From contig CAVSOU010000007.1 in NCBI GenBank assembly GCA_963729625.1, forward strand, positions 617,705 through 681,704: 64,000 bases of DNA. Direction: 5' to 3'. Origin of the DNA: an uncultured bacterium (GTDB lineage: Bacteria > Chloroflexota > UBA5177 > JANWHV01). Shown piece after piece: positions 41,268 to 51,508 of this stretch. The stretch's first letter is position 1. Each line of letters begins with the position of its first letter. The notes beneath the pieces were generated by a model. That model did no database searches and had not been told where the DNA came from. It saw only the letters and a list, made by a program, of their open reading frames with translations. Made by a program: the position numbers and the translations under genes.

Positions 41268-42927
41268 GAGGATCCTCCCCCCGCATCGCGGCTGCTATAA
41301 GCGCGACGGGTACGGATCCGAACGAGAGCAGCCGATCGTGAAAGTCGCGCAGGTTGAAGCTGCTGCCCTCACGTGCTGCCAGGTCGTGCCGCAGATCACG
41401 GATCAGGTCCGTTCCAACCAGGTACATGACTGCCGCGCCGGGGAACATGCTGTTCTTCACCGCCTCTGCTTCGGCAGCCTCGGGCGACATGCCAACTGCG
41501 TCGCGGTAGAAGGCGGCAGCGTCCGCCAGGGAGAGCTCGCCACGATGCAGCCGAACGTCCACAATCGCGCGCGCCGCCATGCGCAGCCGGCTGTGCTGCT
41601 CGGCATAGAGCTCGAGCGGCGTCAGGCAGCCGATCTCGCCAACCAGCTCGGTCGCGTAGCAGGCCCATCCCTCTGCCATCGTGCCGCCGCAAAACATGGC
41701 GATCCTCGACGCGCAATCCACCGCCGCCACGCGACCGATACGCGAGGCAGCACGGTTCGCGTGATAGTTCTGCTGATGGTGTCCGGGACCGCCATGATGC
41801 ACGACGTGGTTCAAAGTAATGACGCTGTCGTTGGTCGCTCGCAGCCGGCGTCGCTGTTCCGCCTCCGGCAAGTCGGCCTCGATTGGCGGGACCAGGTACT
41901 CTACCGGCGTGACGGCGTCAAATGGCGCCGGCGCGCGGTAGGGCAGGAAATAGAGCGACGGCGCCGCGTCGCGCGCCCAGGCAGGCTGCGGCACATACCG
42001 AATTGGGTAGTCCTGCCAGGTGAGCACGTCGCCGGCACTGACGGCAGCACGAATCCTCTCCCAGGTCTCCTCGAATCGAGCGTAGTAGCGGTCGGCCGCG
42101 GGGTGCAGATCGGCCAGCGATGCCAGCGCTTCAGCCGGGCCGGCGGCGCCGAAATCGACGGCATGCGCCGCGAGATGAGCTGAGCACTGCTGGAGCTGGT
42201 CGACGGCGTACGCCTCGATGGCGCCGGCGCCCTGGTCCAGGCAGTGGCCGCGCCGCAGCAGCAGGTCGAACGCCTCATCACCGCAGGCGCAGGCCTCCGA
42301 TCCTCGCGACAGCAGCTCGCGCTCCAGGTATTCGCGATGGCGGGAAAATGCCACGGCCGCCACATCCGCGGCGGCGCGCAAGCGGCTGCCATCCAACCCG
42401 GACGCGCCGATCAGCGCGTCTACGCCACCGTTCAGGAACGCGATCGCTCCCGTGCATTCACGCATCGCGCGCGCGGTCCAGGCACGTGGCGCACTGCGCA
42501 CGTTGGCCTCTGCCTGCCGGAGCAATGTGGGTACGGCGTGCAGGCGCCCGATCGCGGACTCGACGCGCTCGGCAAAGGGAGCGAACGGCCGCAAGAACAG
42601 GGACAGCACGCCGAAGACGGCCTCGCCCGTGTACAGACTGGGATTGCCATGCTCGAAGTGACTTGAGGCCGCCTCCCAGAGCGCGATCTCCAGAAATCCT
42701 TCGGCCAGGCGGCGGTCGATGGCCTCAGCTTGCGTGAGCGGTTCGTCCGGCAGGGAACGGAGATGGCGCAGCTGGGCACGCATCTCCTCCACCGCACCGG
42801 CCATCGCCTCCTCCGAGAAGTCCGGCAGCAGGTGGTCGTGGGCATGGACGCCGATGAACGTGGCGTTTACCGGACGGCGGCGGTAGTAGGCGGCGAAGAA
42901 GCCGTCCAGCCATCGCGAGAACTCCAT
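41257..42927 (-). CDS. DUF885 family protein
   Basis: PVNATFIGVHAHD, HHGGPGHHQQ, AEGWACY, RAIVDVRLH, FHDRLLSFGSVP. Confidence 0.88.
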   Translation of the reverse strand: MEFSRWLDGFFAAYYRRRPVNATFIGVHAHDHLLPDFSEEAMAGAVEEMRAQLRHLRSLPDEPLTQAEAIDRRLAEGFLEIALWEAASSHFEHGNPSLYTGEAVFGVLSLFLRPFAPFAERVESAIGRLHAVPTLLRQAEANVRSAPRAWTARAMRECTGAIAFLNGGVDALIGASGLDGSRLRAAADVAAVAFSRHREYLERELLSRGSEACACGDEAFDLLLRRGHCLDQGAGAIEAYAVDQLQQCSAHLAAHAVDFGAAGPAEALASLADLHPAADRYYARFEETWERIRAAVSAGDVLTWQDYPIRYVPQPAWARDAAPSLYFLPYRAPAPFDAVTPVEYLVPPIEADLPEAEQRRRLRATNDSVITLNHVVHHGGPGHHQQNYHANRAASRIGRVAAVDCASRIAMFCGGTMAEGWACYATELVGEIGCLTPLELYAEQHSRLRMAARAIVDVRLHRGELSLADAAAFYRDAVGMSPEAAEAEAVKNSMFPGAAVMYLVGTDLIRDLRHDLAAREGSSFNLRDFHDRLLSFGSVPVALIAAAMRGEDPRAQ

Positions 42928-42944
42928 TGCACGCGATTCCATGC

Positions 42945-44066
42945 CTAGCGCTCCAGCGGAAGGTCGACCCAGCGGCGCTCGTGGAACGAGCGCTCCACGG
43001 CATTGATCGCCTCCTGCACCCATGCTCCGTCCCGAAAATTGCCCTGGTTCACCGTTCCGCCAGCCCGAATCTCGTCGATGAAGTCCTTGATCAGGTTGGC
43101 GTAAAACAGCGATCGCCATGATTCGGTGGGAGCGCCCCCGGCGGGGAAGAACTGTTGCGGAACGTCCAACTGACGGAACTCCACCGCATCGGGCGTCGCC
43201 ACGCGAATCGTCTCGGCGATTCCACTCTCCTCGACCAGGCGACAGATGATCGCGCCACGATCGCCGTACATGCGAGCCTCGATGCCCGGGTAGTTGCCCA
43301 CCGTGACAAAGCTTGTCTGGATGGAGCCGATTGCTCCATTGGCATATTCGCACAGGTAGATATCGCCGTCGTCGATATTCATACGCATCATCCGGCCCGT
43401 GGCACGCACTACTCGCTCCGGAATGAAATTGCGCATGGTGCCGACGACGCGCGTGTAGTCCGCCCCCACCCACCAATGACCGATGTCGATGATCGGTGCC
43501 CCGTAGCCTTCCAACGAGGACGTCTGCAGCACCGACTGGTCTGCTTCGTGATCGACCTGGCGGAGCGGGGTCTGTGGATCGAGCCATTGCGAGTTCTGTT
43601 CGAAGCCGTTGAAGATGAACGGCTTGCCCACGAAGCCCTGGTCGATGAGCGACTTGGCGTACAGCACGCCTGGGCTATAGCGAAACGTGAAGCCGAGCTT
43701 GGTCTTCAAGCGCTTGCGGTCCGCGAGATCCGCGGCGCCCAGCGTCTGGCGATAGTCGAAGGCGACAGGCTTTTCGCAGAGCACGTGCTTGCCGGCTTCG
43801 AGCGCGGCCATGGCCAGTTCGTAGTGCGTATGCGACGGCGTGCACACGTCTACCACGTCGACGTCTGCCCGAGCGATCGTTGCCTGCCAGTCATCGGACA
43901 CGGAATCGATGGCCAACTCCGCGGCGAGAGCACGAGCACTGTCGGCGACGACGTCGCACAGGGCGACGATCCGGCATCGCGGATCCCGTTGCCAGCCTGG
44001 AATGTGGGCGAACCGCGCCCAGGCGCCCGCGCCAAGCACGGCCACGCGCAAGATGCTGTCGGTCAT
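42945..44066 (-). CDS. Gfo/Idh/MocA family oxidoreductase
   Basis: VAVLGAG, VDVCTP, GKHVLCEKP, GFTFRY. Confidence 0.93.
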   Translation of the reverse strand: MTDSILRVAVLGAGAWARFAHIPGWQRDPRCRIVALCDVVADSARALAAELAIDSVSDDWQATIARADVDVVDVCTPSHTHYELAMAALEAGKHVLCEKPVAFDYRQTLGAADLADRKRLKTKLGFTFRYSPGVLYAKSLIDQGFVGKPFIFNGFEQNSQWLDPQTPLRQVDHEADQSVLQTSSLEGYGAPIIDIGHWWVGADYTRVVGTMRNFIPERVVRATGRMMRMNIDDGDIYLCEYANGAIGSIQTSFVTVGNYPGIEARMYGDRGAIICRLVEESGIAETIRVATPDAVEFRQLDVPQQFFPAGGAPTESWRSLFYANLIKDFIDEIRAGGTVNQGNFRDGAWVQEAINAVERSFHERRWVDLPLER

Positions 44067-44112
44067 CAGCTTCCTCCCGCATACATGATCATTGAGTCCA
44101 TTCGCGCTGGCA

Positions 44113-44919
44113 TCACGGCGACGTTGGCCGCGCGAGCACAACCTCCTCGTGATAGCCCTGGCGGCGCGACACGGCGGCGGCGGCAGATGTAACTGCATGG
44201 ATAAGCGGCGGCAGTAGCTCGGTTGTGACGCGGAACGCCGGTCCGGACACGCTGATCGCGGCTACCACTCTTCCGGTCAGGTCGCGGACGGGGGCCGCCA
44301 CGCACTTCACACCGTAGGCCCGCTCCTCATTGTCGATCGCGTAGCCCCGTTGGCGTACCCCAGCGAGCTCAGCCAGAATGGCCGCGGCCGATGTAATGGT
44401 GTTTTCGGTGAGGGAGGCCATGCCGGTGCGATCGAGCAGCCCGATCACCTCCTGGTCGGGTAGGCCCGCGAGCAGCACTTTGCCCAGCGCGGTGCAGTGC
44501 GCAGGATGCCGTGTGCCAACCTGTGATTGAATGCCGATCTCGCGCTGCGCGCGCTCGATGGCGATGTAGACAACCTCGCCGTGGTTCAGCACGCCCAGGC
44601 TCGCGGTCTCGCGACATGCCGCGGCCAACTCCTCCAGACTGTGCCGCGCGCTTTGCGGAAAACCAAGCTGTGCAAGGAATGCGGACCCGACCTCGAACGC
44701 CTTCACGCCCAACACGTACCTGCCTGGCTCATCCTGCTCGAGGAACTCTGCCGCGCAAAGGGTCTCCAGCAGCCGGAACAGGGTGGTCTTGGGCACGCGC
44801 ACCTGCTTGCTCAGGCCTGCCAGGGTGTGGCGGGGCTCCTGAGGGGAAAAGCAGGCGAGCACGGCCAGGCCCCGGCGCAACGCCCGCACCTGATAGTTGC
44901 CTTCGGCATCGTTGCCCAC
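44113..44919 (-). CDS. IclR family transcriptional regulator
   Basis: PKTTLFRLLETL HTH, HCTALGKVLLA, GYAIDNEE, VAAISVSGP. Confidence 0.95.
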   Translation of the reverse strand: MGNDAEGNYQVRALRRGLAVLACFSPQEPRHTLAGLSKQVRVPKTTLFRLLETLCAAEFLEQDEPGRYVLGVKAFEVGSAFLAQLGFPQSARHSLEELAAACRETASLGVLNHGEVVYIAIERAQREIGIQSQVGTRHPAHCTALGKVLLAGLPDQEVIGLLDRTGMASLTENTITSAAAILAELAGVRQRGYAIDNEERAYGVKCVAAPVRDLTGRVVAAISVSGPAFRVTTELLPPLIHAVTSAAAAVSRRQGYHEEVVLARPTSP

Positions 44920-45008
44920 TCAGTCCTCCTCTCAGTGAGGGTCGCGGCGGTGAAGCGATTCGGATGCTTCGAGCGATGCTGAAGAATCAGTATCCACTCT
45001 TCCTCGCG

Positions 45009-46046
45009 TCAATACAGCAACGTGTAGTTCAGCACGTTCCGTAGCGGTCGATCGCTCAGATACCGGCTCAAATTGTCGCAGAACAGATCTACCAGCTTGG
45101 CATTCTCGCTTCGGGCCGTGCTAGCCGAGTGCGGGCAGATCAACACGTTAGGCATGTCCCAGAGTGGGCTCGCCGGGGGGAGCGGCTCACGCTCGAACAC
45201 GTCGAGCGCCGCGCCTCGCAACTTGCCCGCGCGCAGCGCCTCGATCAGCGCGGACTCGTCCACGACCGCGCCACGGGCAACATTGATCAGCACGGCATCG
45301 CGCTTCATGCGTGCCAGGCGAGCCGCGTCGAGAAGGCCTTCAGTCTCCGGCGTGTGCGGGCAACACAATACCAGGAAATCCACACTGGAAACCAGCTCAT
45401 CCACGCGCTGCGCCGGTAGCAGCACATCCAGGAGCAGATCCTCCGCCCGCCGTCGATTGGGCTCGCGCACGGTGCCGATCACGCGCGCATCCAGCGCGCG
45501 CACGGTACGAGCGATCTCGCGACCGATTCGGCCCACGCCGACGATGCCGACGCTCTTGCCGGCAATCTCGTCGCTCGCATAGCGCTCCCATCGGTGGGCC
45601 CTCTGGTCGGCGGCGAGGCGCTGCGCGTCTTTACAGAACATCAGCACGGCCATCAGGACGAACTCCGCGATTGGCCGGGCATGGATACCACTGGCGGTGG
45701 CTACGATGATGCTGCTCTTGGCGAGACCAACTCGGGCGGCGAACTGTCCTACCCCGGCACTGCTGGCCTGAATCAAGCGCAGTGACGGCAGCCCTGCCAG
45801 CTCTTCCGTCATGCTCGCGGGACCGAAATCGAACAGAACCTCCGCCGACGCCAGCAGTTCGCGCCACCGCTCCCTCAGCTCCAGTGTACCGGCCTTCGGC
45901 GACGTGTGGTCGGCCGGATAACGGGGCGCAGCGATCAGATCCGCGGGATAGATAACCTCGAGGCGGGCGTCGACGTCTGCGATGCGCCGCACCAAGTCAG
46001 TCGGAAGCCACGTGGTGATCAGTACCCGCACCCGGCCCTGGCTCAT
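45009..46046 (-). CDS. D-2-hydroxyacid dehydrogenase
   Basis: GIVGVGRIG, LINVARG, ALDVFEREP, PH. Confidence 0.93.
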   Translation of the reverse strand: MSQGRVRVLITTWLPTDLVRRIADVDARLEVIYPADLIAAPRYPADHTSPKAGTLELRERWRELLASAEVLFDFGPASMTEELAGLPSLRLIQASSAGVGQFAARVGLAKSSIIVATASGIHARPIAEFVLMAVLMFCKDAQRLAADQRAHRWERYASDEIAGKSVGIVGVGRIGREIARTVRALDARVIGTVREPNRRRAEDLLLDVLLPAQRVDELVSSVDFLVLCCPHTPETEGLLDAARLARMKRDAVLINVARGAVVDESALIEALRAGKLRGAALDVFEREPLPPASPLWDMPNVLICPHSASTARSENAKLVDLFCDNLSRYLSDRPLRNVLNYTLLY

Positions 46047-46161
46047 TCGTATTCCCCCGTTTCGATCACGGCACAAGCAGGCCTGACTGGCCGCCCATCA
46101 GGACTCAAGGGCACGTCGACTCAACGCGCGGTTCCCGGCGCATTGATCGCGTCATCAGAGC

Positions 46162-46590
46162 TCATGGCGCCTGGAATCGCCAGGTACGGTCGCTGTAGGT
46201 CGTCAAATGCACGATCTTGCCGTCCCGGATGCGGTAGACGTGGCAGGTCGAGAGCGTGACCGGCTTGCCCTCACCAGTCGGTGTCGCGGCGGCCGCGCCC
46301 TTGGCGTTCGGATCGCCGTAGGCCGTGCCCTTGATACGGATCTCCAGGACCACCTGATCGCCGCCGACGATCGCATTGGCGACTTCCATATGCGTCCCGG
46401 CAACGGAGCCGGTGGTCTTCCGCAGAGCGGCGATGATCTCTTCCGGTCCGCGCTCAAGATACTGGGCGGAATGCGACCAGGCTTCGACGTCGGGCGCCAG
46501 TATCTCGTTGCGGAGGCGGTCCCAGTCCTGTGCATTGGTAGCTTCGCTGTATGAGCGCGCGATGGCGAGCGGATCGCTTGCGTTCGTCAT
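46162..46590 (-). CDS. SnoaL/NTF2 family protein
   Basis: GDQVVLE...HVYRIRDGKIV. Confidence 0.85.
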   Translation of the reverse strand: MTNASDPLAIARSYSEATNAQDWDRLRNEILAPDVEAWSHSAQYLERGPEEIIAALRKTTGSVAGTHMEVANAIVGGDQVVLEIRIKGTAYGDPNAKGAAAATPTGEGKPVTLSTCHVYRIRDGKIVHLTTYSDRTWRFQAP

Positions 46591-46751
46591 GTTTCGTCTT
46601 CTCCTGCTTCATTTGAAGTACTCGTCCGGCAGCGTCCGTCCGAGGTCGCGGCCGGCATTACCCCCGTCTCAATCTACCGCGCGCACGGGTGCCTCGGGGC
46701 ACGGCAGGGCGCCGGACAAGAGCGGCGTCCCACCGTGCTGGGGGCGTCAGG

Positions 46752-48365
46752 TCACTTCGCGATATAGAGATCCTGGAATAGCGGCCAGAGCGCGGTCACA
46801 TCCGTGTGAAAGCCCATGATATTCTTGCGGACGCCGAACACGACCTCCGGGATCCACAACGGATCGGTCAGCACGTTCTGCAGGATGTAGCGTTGCGCGG
46901 CCGAGTAGGCGCTCATCGCCTGCTTGCCGTCCAGGGTGCTCCGTCCTTGCACGAGCAGGTTGTCCAGCCCTGCGTTCTTGTAGAACGTGAAGTTGAGACC
47001 GCCGCTGGTCTCTTGCGTGGAGTCGTACGAGGTGTAGAGCACGTCCGCGTCAGGCGAGTAGAAGTTGTCCAACAGCAGATCGAAGCTGCCCTTCTGCGCG
47101 AGAGAAATGTAGTCCGCGGTCGGCTTGCTGACAATCGTCACGTTGACCCCTACGGCGCCAAGCTCCGCCTGGATCAGCTCGTCGGCAGCGGTGATTGCCG
47201 GCAAGTTGCTGGACAGCAGGGTAAACGGGCCGGTGACATGGTGGGCACTCAGCACGGTCTGAGCGGCAGTCGGATTGTACTGGGGTGCGAGGCTCTTCGA
47301 GGCAGGATCGTAGTACGGAATGTTCGAGCCCACCGGGCTATATGCCGGGACACCCAGTCCATTGAGCGCCACCTTGATCAGGGCATTGCGGTCCACCGCC
47401 TCGGAGATCGCACGACGCACGTCGACGCTATCAAACGGGGCCTCATTGGTCCTGAATCCGAGCTGGACCAAGAACTGGCCTAGCTCACGATATTGCTTGA
47501 TGCTGGTGTTTCCCTGCAGCCGGCCGATCTGGCTGCCGGCAACCAGCGAGACATCCACGCCGCCCGAGAGCAGGTCGCTCATGGCGGTCGAATCGCTCAC
47601 GATCGGCTGAAGCACGATCTTATCGAGGTAGGCAGCACCCTTGTTGATAGCCCAGTCCGTCTCCCAGTTGTGCAGGGGATTCTTGGCCAGCGTGATCTGG
47701 CTTCCGCCTGGCGCATAGTTCTGGATCATGAACGGGCCGGTGCCAATTGGATACTGGCAGAATTTGGTCTTGCCTTCCTTCTGCAGGGCGATTGGGTCGA
47801 CGATGCCAAGCGAGTCATTGGCCAGATTCGGCAATGCCGGACGGAAGGGCGTGGCAAAGACCAGCGTGACCTGATACTTGCTGTCCACGTTGACCGCCTT
47901 CAAAGGACCAAGGAAGGTCGACATGCCGGCGGCTTGACCAACTGGACCGAGGACACGCAGCATATTGAACTTGACGACGCTGGCATCGAAGGGATCGCCG
48001 TTCGAGAACACGACCCCCTGGCGCAGCTTAAACGTCATCCATGCGCCACCGTGGCTGAACGTCCACGACGTTGCCAGATCCGGGCGTGGGTTCCCATTGC
48101 CATCAAGAAGGACAAGGTTATCGAACGTCGGGAAGTCGGCCAGCCCCTCGGCTGAGGTAGGAGCGATCAACGGGTCCACACAGGTCGGAAGATTGATGTC
48201 GCGATAGGTGATCGTACCGCCGCTGGTCGGCGCGGATGACGCCGCCATCTGATGCCCTGCGAGGGCCGATGGCGCGACGGTCATAGGCAGCAAGGCCAGG
48301 ATGACGGTCGCGGCAGCAATTCTGCAACTGTGCTTTCCATACTTTCGGACGCTGTGCATGATCAT
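46752..48365 (-). CDS. ABC transporter substrate-binding protein (family 5)
   Basis: Signal peptide; TFKLRQGVVFSNGDPFDA, PIGTGPF, VRRAISEAVDR. Confidence 0.93.
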   Translation of the reverse strand: MIMHSVRKYGKHSCRIAAATVILALLPMTVAPSALAGHQMAASSAPTSGGTITYRDINLPTCVDPLIAPTSAEGLADFPTFDNLVLLDGNGNPRPDLATSWTFSHGGAWMTFKLRQGVVFSNGDPFDASVVKFNMLRVLGPVGQAAGMSTFLGPLKAVNVDSKYQVTLVFATPFRPALPNLANDSLGIVDPIALQKEGKTKFCQYPIGTGPFMIQNYAPGGSQITLAKNPLHNWETDWAINKGAAYLDKIVLQPIVSDSTAMSDLLSGGVDVSLVAGSQIGRLQGNTSIKQYRELGQFLVQLGFRTNEAPFDSVDVRRAISEAVDRNALIKVALNGLGVPAYSPVGSNIPYYDPASKSLAPQYNPTAAQTVLSAHHVTGPFTLLSSNLPAITAADELIQAELGAVGVNVTIVSKPTADYISLAQKGSFDLLLDNFYSPDADVLYTSYDSTQETSGGLNFTFYKNAGLDNLLVQGRSTLDGKQAMSAYSAAQRYILQNVLTDPLWIPEVVFGVRKNIMGFHTDVTALWPLFQDLYIAK

Positions 48366-48451
48366 GTCCTTTACCTGCGCTTGCACTGGTTACTCGAGGG
48401 ATACCTTTGTCTGGCTTTCCTCTTACCTCTACCCTCCTCTTTATGTGCAAA

Positions 48452-49351
48452 TCATCGAGCCCACTGCCGCGGATCGATAGCGCTGCTCAGTGCATCTCCA
48501 AGGAGATTGATGCCGAGCACTGAGATGATGATGGCGATGCCGGGGAAGGTAACCTCTCCCCAAGACTGGAACATATGCTCGTAGCCGTTGCTCAAGAGCG
48601 TGCCCCAATCTGAGGTTGGGAGCTGGGTGCCGAGTCCAAGGAAGCTCAACGCCGCCGTGGCCAGAATCGCCGATCCAAGGTTCAGCGTCGCGAGCACGAT
48701 AATAGGGTCGATGATATTCGGCAGGATGTGATGCATCAGGATGTAAAGGCTTCCGGCGCCCTGCGCTCGGCTCGCCTCCACGAAGTCCAGCTCGCGTGCC
48801 CGCAGCGTCGATCCCCGTGCCAGTCGCGCGAAGCTCGGGATCAAGGCAACACCCACGGCAATCACCGATGAGGTGAGACTGGGCCCCAATATAGCCACAA
48901 TGCCGATAGCCAGCAGGATGGCCGGGAAAGCCAACAGGCAATCCATGCAGCGCATGATCACGTCGTCGAGGAGCCCGCCGGAAAATCCCGCGATAACGCC
49001 AAAGGGCAGGCCGACGCCCAGGCCTATGAGCACCACGCCAAGACCGGCCGGAAGCGACGTGCGCCCGCCAAAGATTACGCGGGACCACATATCCCGGCCA
49101 AGATAGTCGGTACCGAACCAGTGTGCGGACGACGGCGCCTGATTCAGGCTGTTGAGATCGTACGCATTTGGCGCGTAACGCGAGATGAGCGGCGCCAGGA
49201 TGGCCAGAACTATCATGAGGGCAAGCAGCAGCGCGCCGACAAGCGCGTTCGGATCCGACAGCAACCGCTGCAGGATCTGGCGCCAGAACGTGCTCTGGCG
49301 CGCGGATACCGGCTCACCGCCGGTGGGTTCCAGGCTTTCTGCTACCTGCAT
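48452..49351 (-). CDS. ABC permease (DppC-like)
   Basis: HWFGTDYLGRD, DFVEASRAQG. Confidence 0.93.
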   Translation of the reverse strand: MQVAESLEPTGGEPVSARQSTFWRQILQRLLSDPNALVGALLLALMIVLAILAPLISRYAPNAYDLNSLNQAPSSAHWFGTDYLGRDMWSRVIFGGRTSLPAGLGVVLIGLGVGLPFGVIAGFSGGLLDDVIMRCMDCLLAFPAILLAIGIVAILGPSLTSSVIAVGVALIPSFARLARGSTLRARELDFVEASRAQGAGSLYILMHHILPNIIDPIIVLATLNLGSAILATAALSFLGLGTQLPTSDWGTLLSNGYEHMFQSWGEVTFPGIAIIISVLGINLLGDALSSAIDPRQWAR

Positions 49352-49394
49352 GTCGATGCCTCATCAGCGCCTCGGCGGGCGCAGGCGCCGGCGA

Positions 49395-50315
49395 TCACGA
49401 GTAATGAATCCGGGGATCGAGAAAGGCGTACGAGAGGTCGACCAACATGTTCGCACCGATCAGAATAACGGCGAAGAAGAACGTAGTGCCCTGGATCAGC
49501 GGGAAGTCTCGGTTGGTCACCGCGCCCACGGCCAATGTGCCGAGACCAGGCCAGGCGAAGACATTCTCCAGGATCACGGCGCCGCCGAGGAGCCCGCCCA
49601 GGTTGAGACCAAATATGGTCACGACGGGGATCAGGGCATTGCGCATGATGTGCTTGTACAGGACCATACGTCCCGGCAGTCCCTTTGCGCGGGCCGTGCG
49701 CACGTACTCGCGGCTCAGGATTTCCACGATCGAGGCGCGGACCAGCCGCGTCATAGTTGCTGTAACGACTATTGCCAGCGTGACCGACGGCAGCACCAGA
49801 TTGGTCACGCCGCCGGTTCCGGCAACCGGGAGCCAACCAAGCTCAACGCCGAAGATGACGGCCAGCATCGTTCCCAGCCAGAAGTCGGGAATGGAGATGC
49901 CCAGGACGGCAAGGCTCGTGACAGCCGTGCCCGAGAGCCGTCGATCGTGCGTCGCGGCGAATATGCCGCTGATCAGTCCCAGGGTAGTGGCCAGCACCAT
50001 GGCGCTGACTGCCAGCTCGGCAGTATAGGGGAAGCGGTCCCAAATCTCCTGCATGACCGGCTGGTGAGAGATGATGGACGTACCAAAATCCAGCCGGCAG
50101 GCATGTGTCAGAAAGTCCCAGTACTGGGCAAGAATGGGCCTGTCCAGTCCAAGCTGATGGCGCAGAGCGGCAATATCCGCCGGGTGGCCGCGACCGGAGA
50201 GCATGACTTCAGCCGGATCCCCAGGAATGAGGTGTATTGACGCGAAGACCAGCGTCAGGACACCCCAGAGAACCGGGAGTGAAACGAGGATTCGTCGGAC
50301 AATGTAGGTGAGCAC
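49395..50315 (-). CDS. ABC permease (DppB-like)
   Basis: PGDPA, EYVRTARAKGL, ENVFAWPGLG. Confidence 0.93.
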   Translation of the reverse strand: MLTYIVRRILVSLPVLWGVLTLVFASIHLIPGDPAEVMLSGRGHPADIAALRHQLGLDRPILAQYWDFLTHACRLDFGTSIISHQPVMQEIWDRFPYTAELAVSAMVLATTLGLISGIFAATHDRRLSGTAVTSLAVLGISIPDFWLGTMLAVIFGVELGWLPVAGTGGVTNLVLPSVTLAIVVTATMTRLVRASIVEILSREYVRTARAKGLPGRMVLYKHIMRNALIPVVTIFGLNLGGLLGGAVILENVFAWPGLGTLAVGAVTNRDFPLIQGTTFFFAVILIGANMLVDLSYAFLDPRIHYS

Positions 50316-50670
50316 CGGCTACCCCTCGTCGCCATCCACTTCGCGGCAATCAGATGTGTGATCTTGCCTGCCTGGAGCCGGCCTCAACGTGCGCTACGTC
50401 GCGCTCCGTCGGGTGCGTACGCGATGATGGGATGCCGAGCGACTGATGGGTCACGACGCCGGCCCATCTTTCGTCGGACTCTGAGTGGATTGAGTTCAAC
50501 CGAACACGGCAAAAACGTGAACTGCCGTTGCACGATATTGAGGCAATTCTAGGGCCTGAGGCCATGCGAGTCAAGTCCAGGGCCAGGCAATCAGGCAAGC
50601 CGGCTTAGTCTACAATGTGTATGCGAAGAACTCCGATGCCGGTGGTAGCTACTGAGTGTGAGGTAGAGAG

Positions 50671-51417
50671 ATGCAACTGTCGGGCAAGATTACGCTGGTC
50701 ACGGGGGCGGGCGCCGGTCTCGGACGCGCCGTCACTCTGCGCTATGCGGCGGAGGGAGCGGAAGTCGTGGCCGTCTCGCTCTACCGGCACGAGCTCGACG
50801 AGGTGCGACGCGCGGCAGGAGAGCACGCGAATCTCATTACCTCCGTCGTGAGTGATGTGGGCGATGCGGCGGCGGTTGACGCGGTCGCGCGCCTGGTGCT
50901 TGAGCGCTTTGGGCGCATCGACGTGCTGTTTAACAATGCCGGCATCATCATTGTCAAGCCGATCGAGGAGACGACCGTCGAGGAGTGGGATCGCCTCATG
51001 GCGACCAACCTGCGTGGCCCGTTTCTCTATTGCAGAGCATTCGTGCCGGCTATGAAGGCGCGGCGCGACGGCGTGATTCTGAACATGTCCTCCGGATCGG
51101 GCATCAAGGGTTTTGTCGGCGAGAGCGGATACTGCCCTTCCAAACACGGTATTGAAGGTCTGACGAAAACGCTGGCGCTGGAGCTCGAGCCGTACAACAT
51201 TCGGGTCATCTCGCTCACGCCTGGAGTACTGATCAATACGCCCATGTCCGAGAGCCACTATACCGAGGACCAGCGCAAAGAATGGCAAGACCCAGCCGTC
51301 CTTGCGCCGGCTTTTGTCTACCTGGCGCAAGAGCGGAATCCCGCTTTCTCCGGCAGGAGACTCAACGCGTACGAGATCTCGCAGAAGGTCGGGCGCGGCG
51401 AGGCGATCGAGCCGTGA
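50671..51417 (+). CDS. SDR family oxidoreductase
   Basis: TGAGAGLG, NNAG, YCPSK. Confidence 0.93.
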   Translation: MQLSGKITLVTGAGAGLGRAVTLRYAAEGAEVVAVSLYRHELDEVRRAAGEHANLITSVVSDVGDAAAVDAVARLVLERFGRIDVLFNNAGIIIVKPIEETTVEEWDRLMATNLRGPFLYCRAFVPAMKARRDGVILNMSSGSGIKGFVGESGYCPSKHGIEGLTKTLALELEPYNIRVISLTPGVLINTPMSESHYTEDQRKEWQDPAVLAPAFVYLAQERNPAFSGRRLNAYEISQKVGRGEAIEP

Positions 51418-51508
51418 AACGGCGTCGCGAGTCAGTGACGCGATCGTGCCTGCACCTCGGATCCGTCCTCGGTCTGACGGGTCGTACCTAGCGAACGCGG
51501 GCGGCGGG

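Noticed and set aside
42943-43587. Extension of the DUF885 ORF to 776 aa
   Set aside because: Overlaps the Gfo/Idh/MocA gene in another frame
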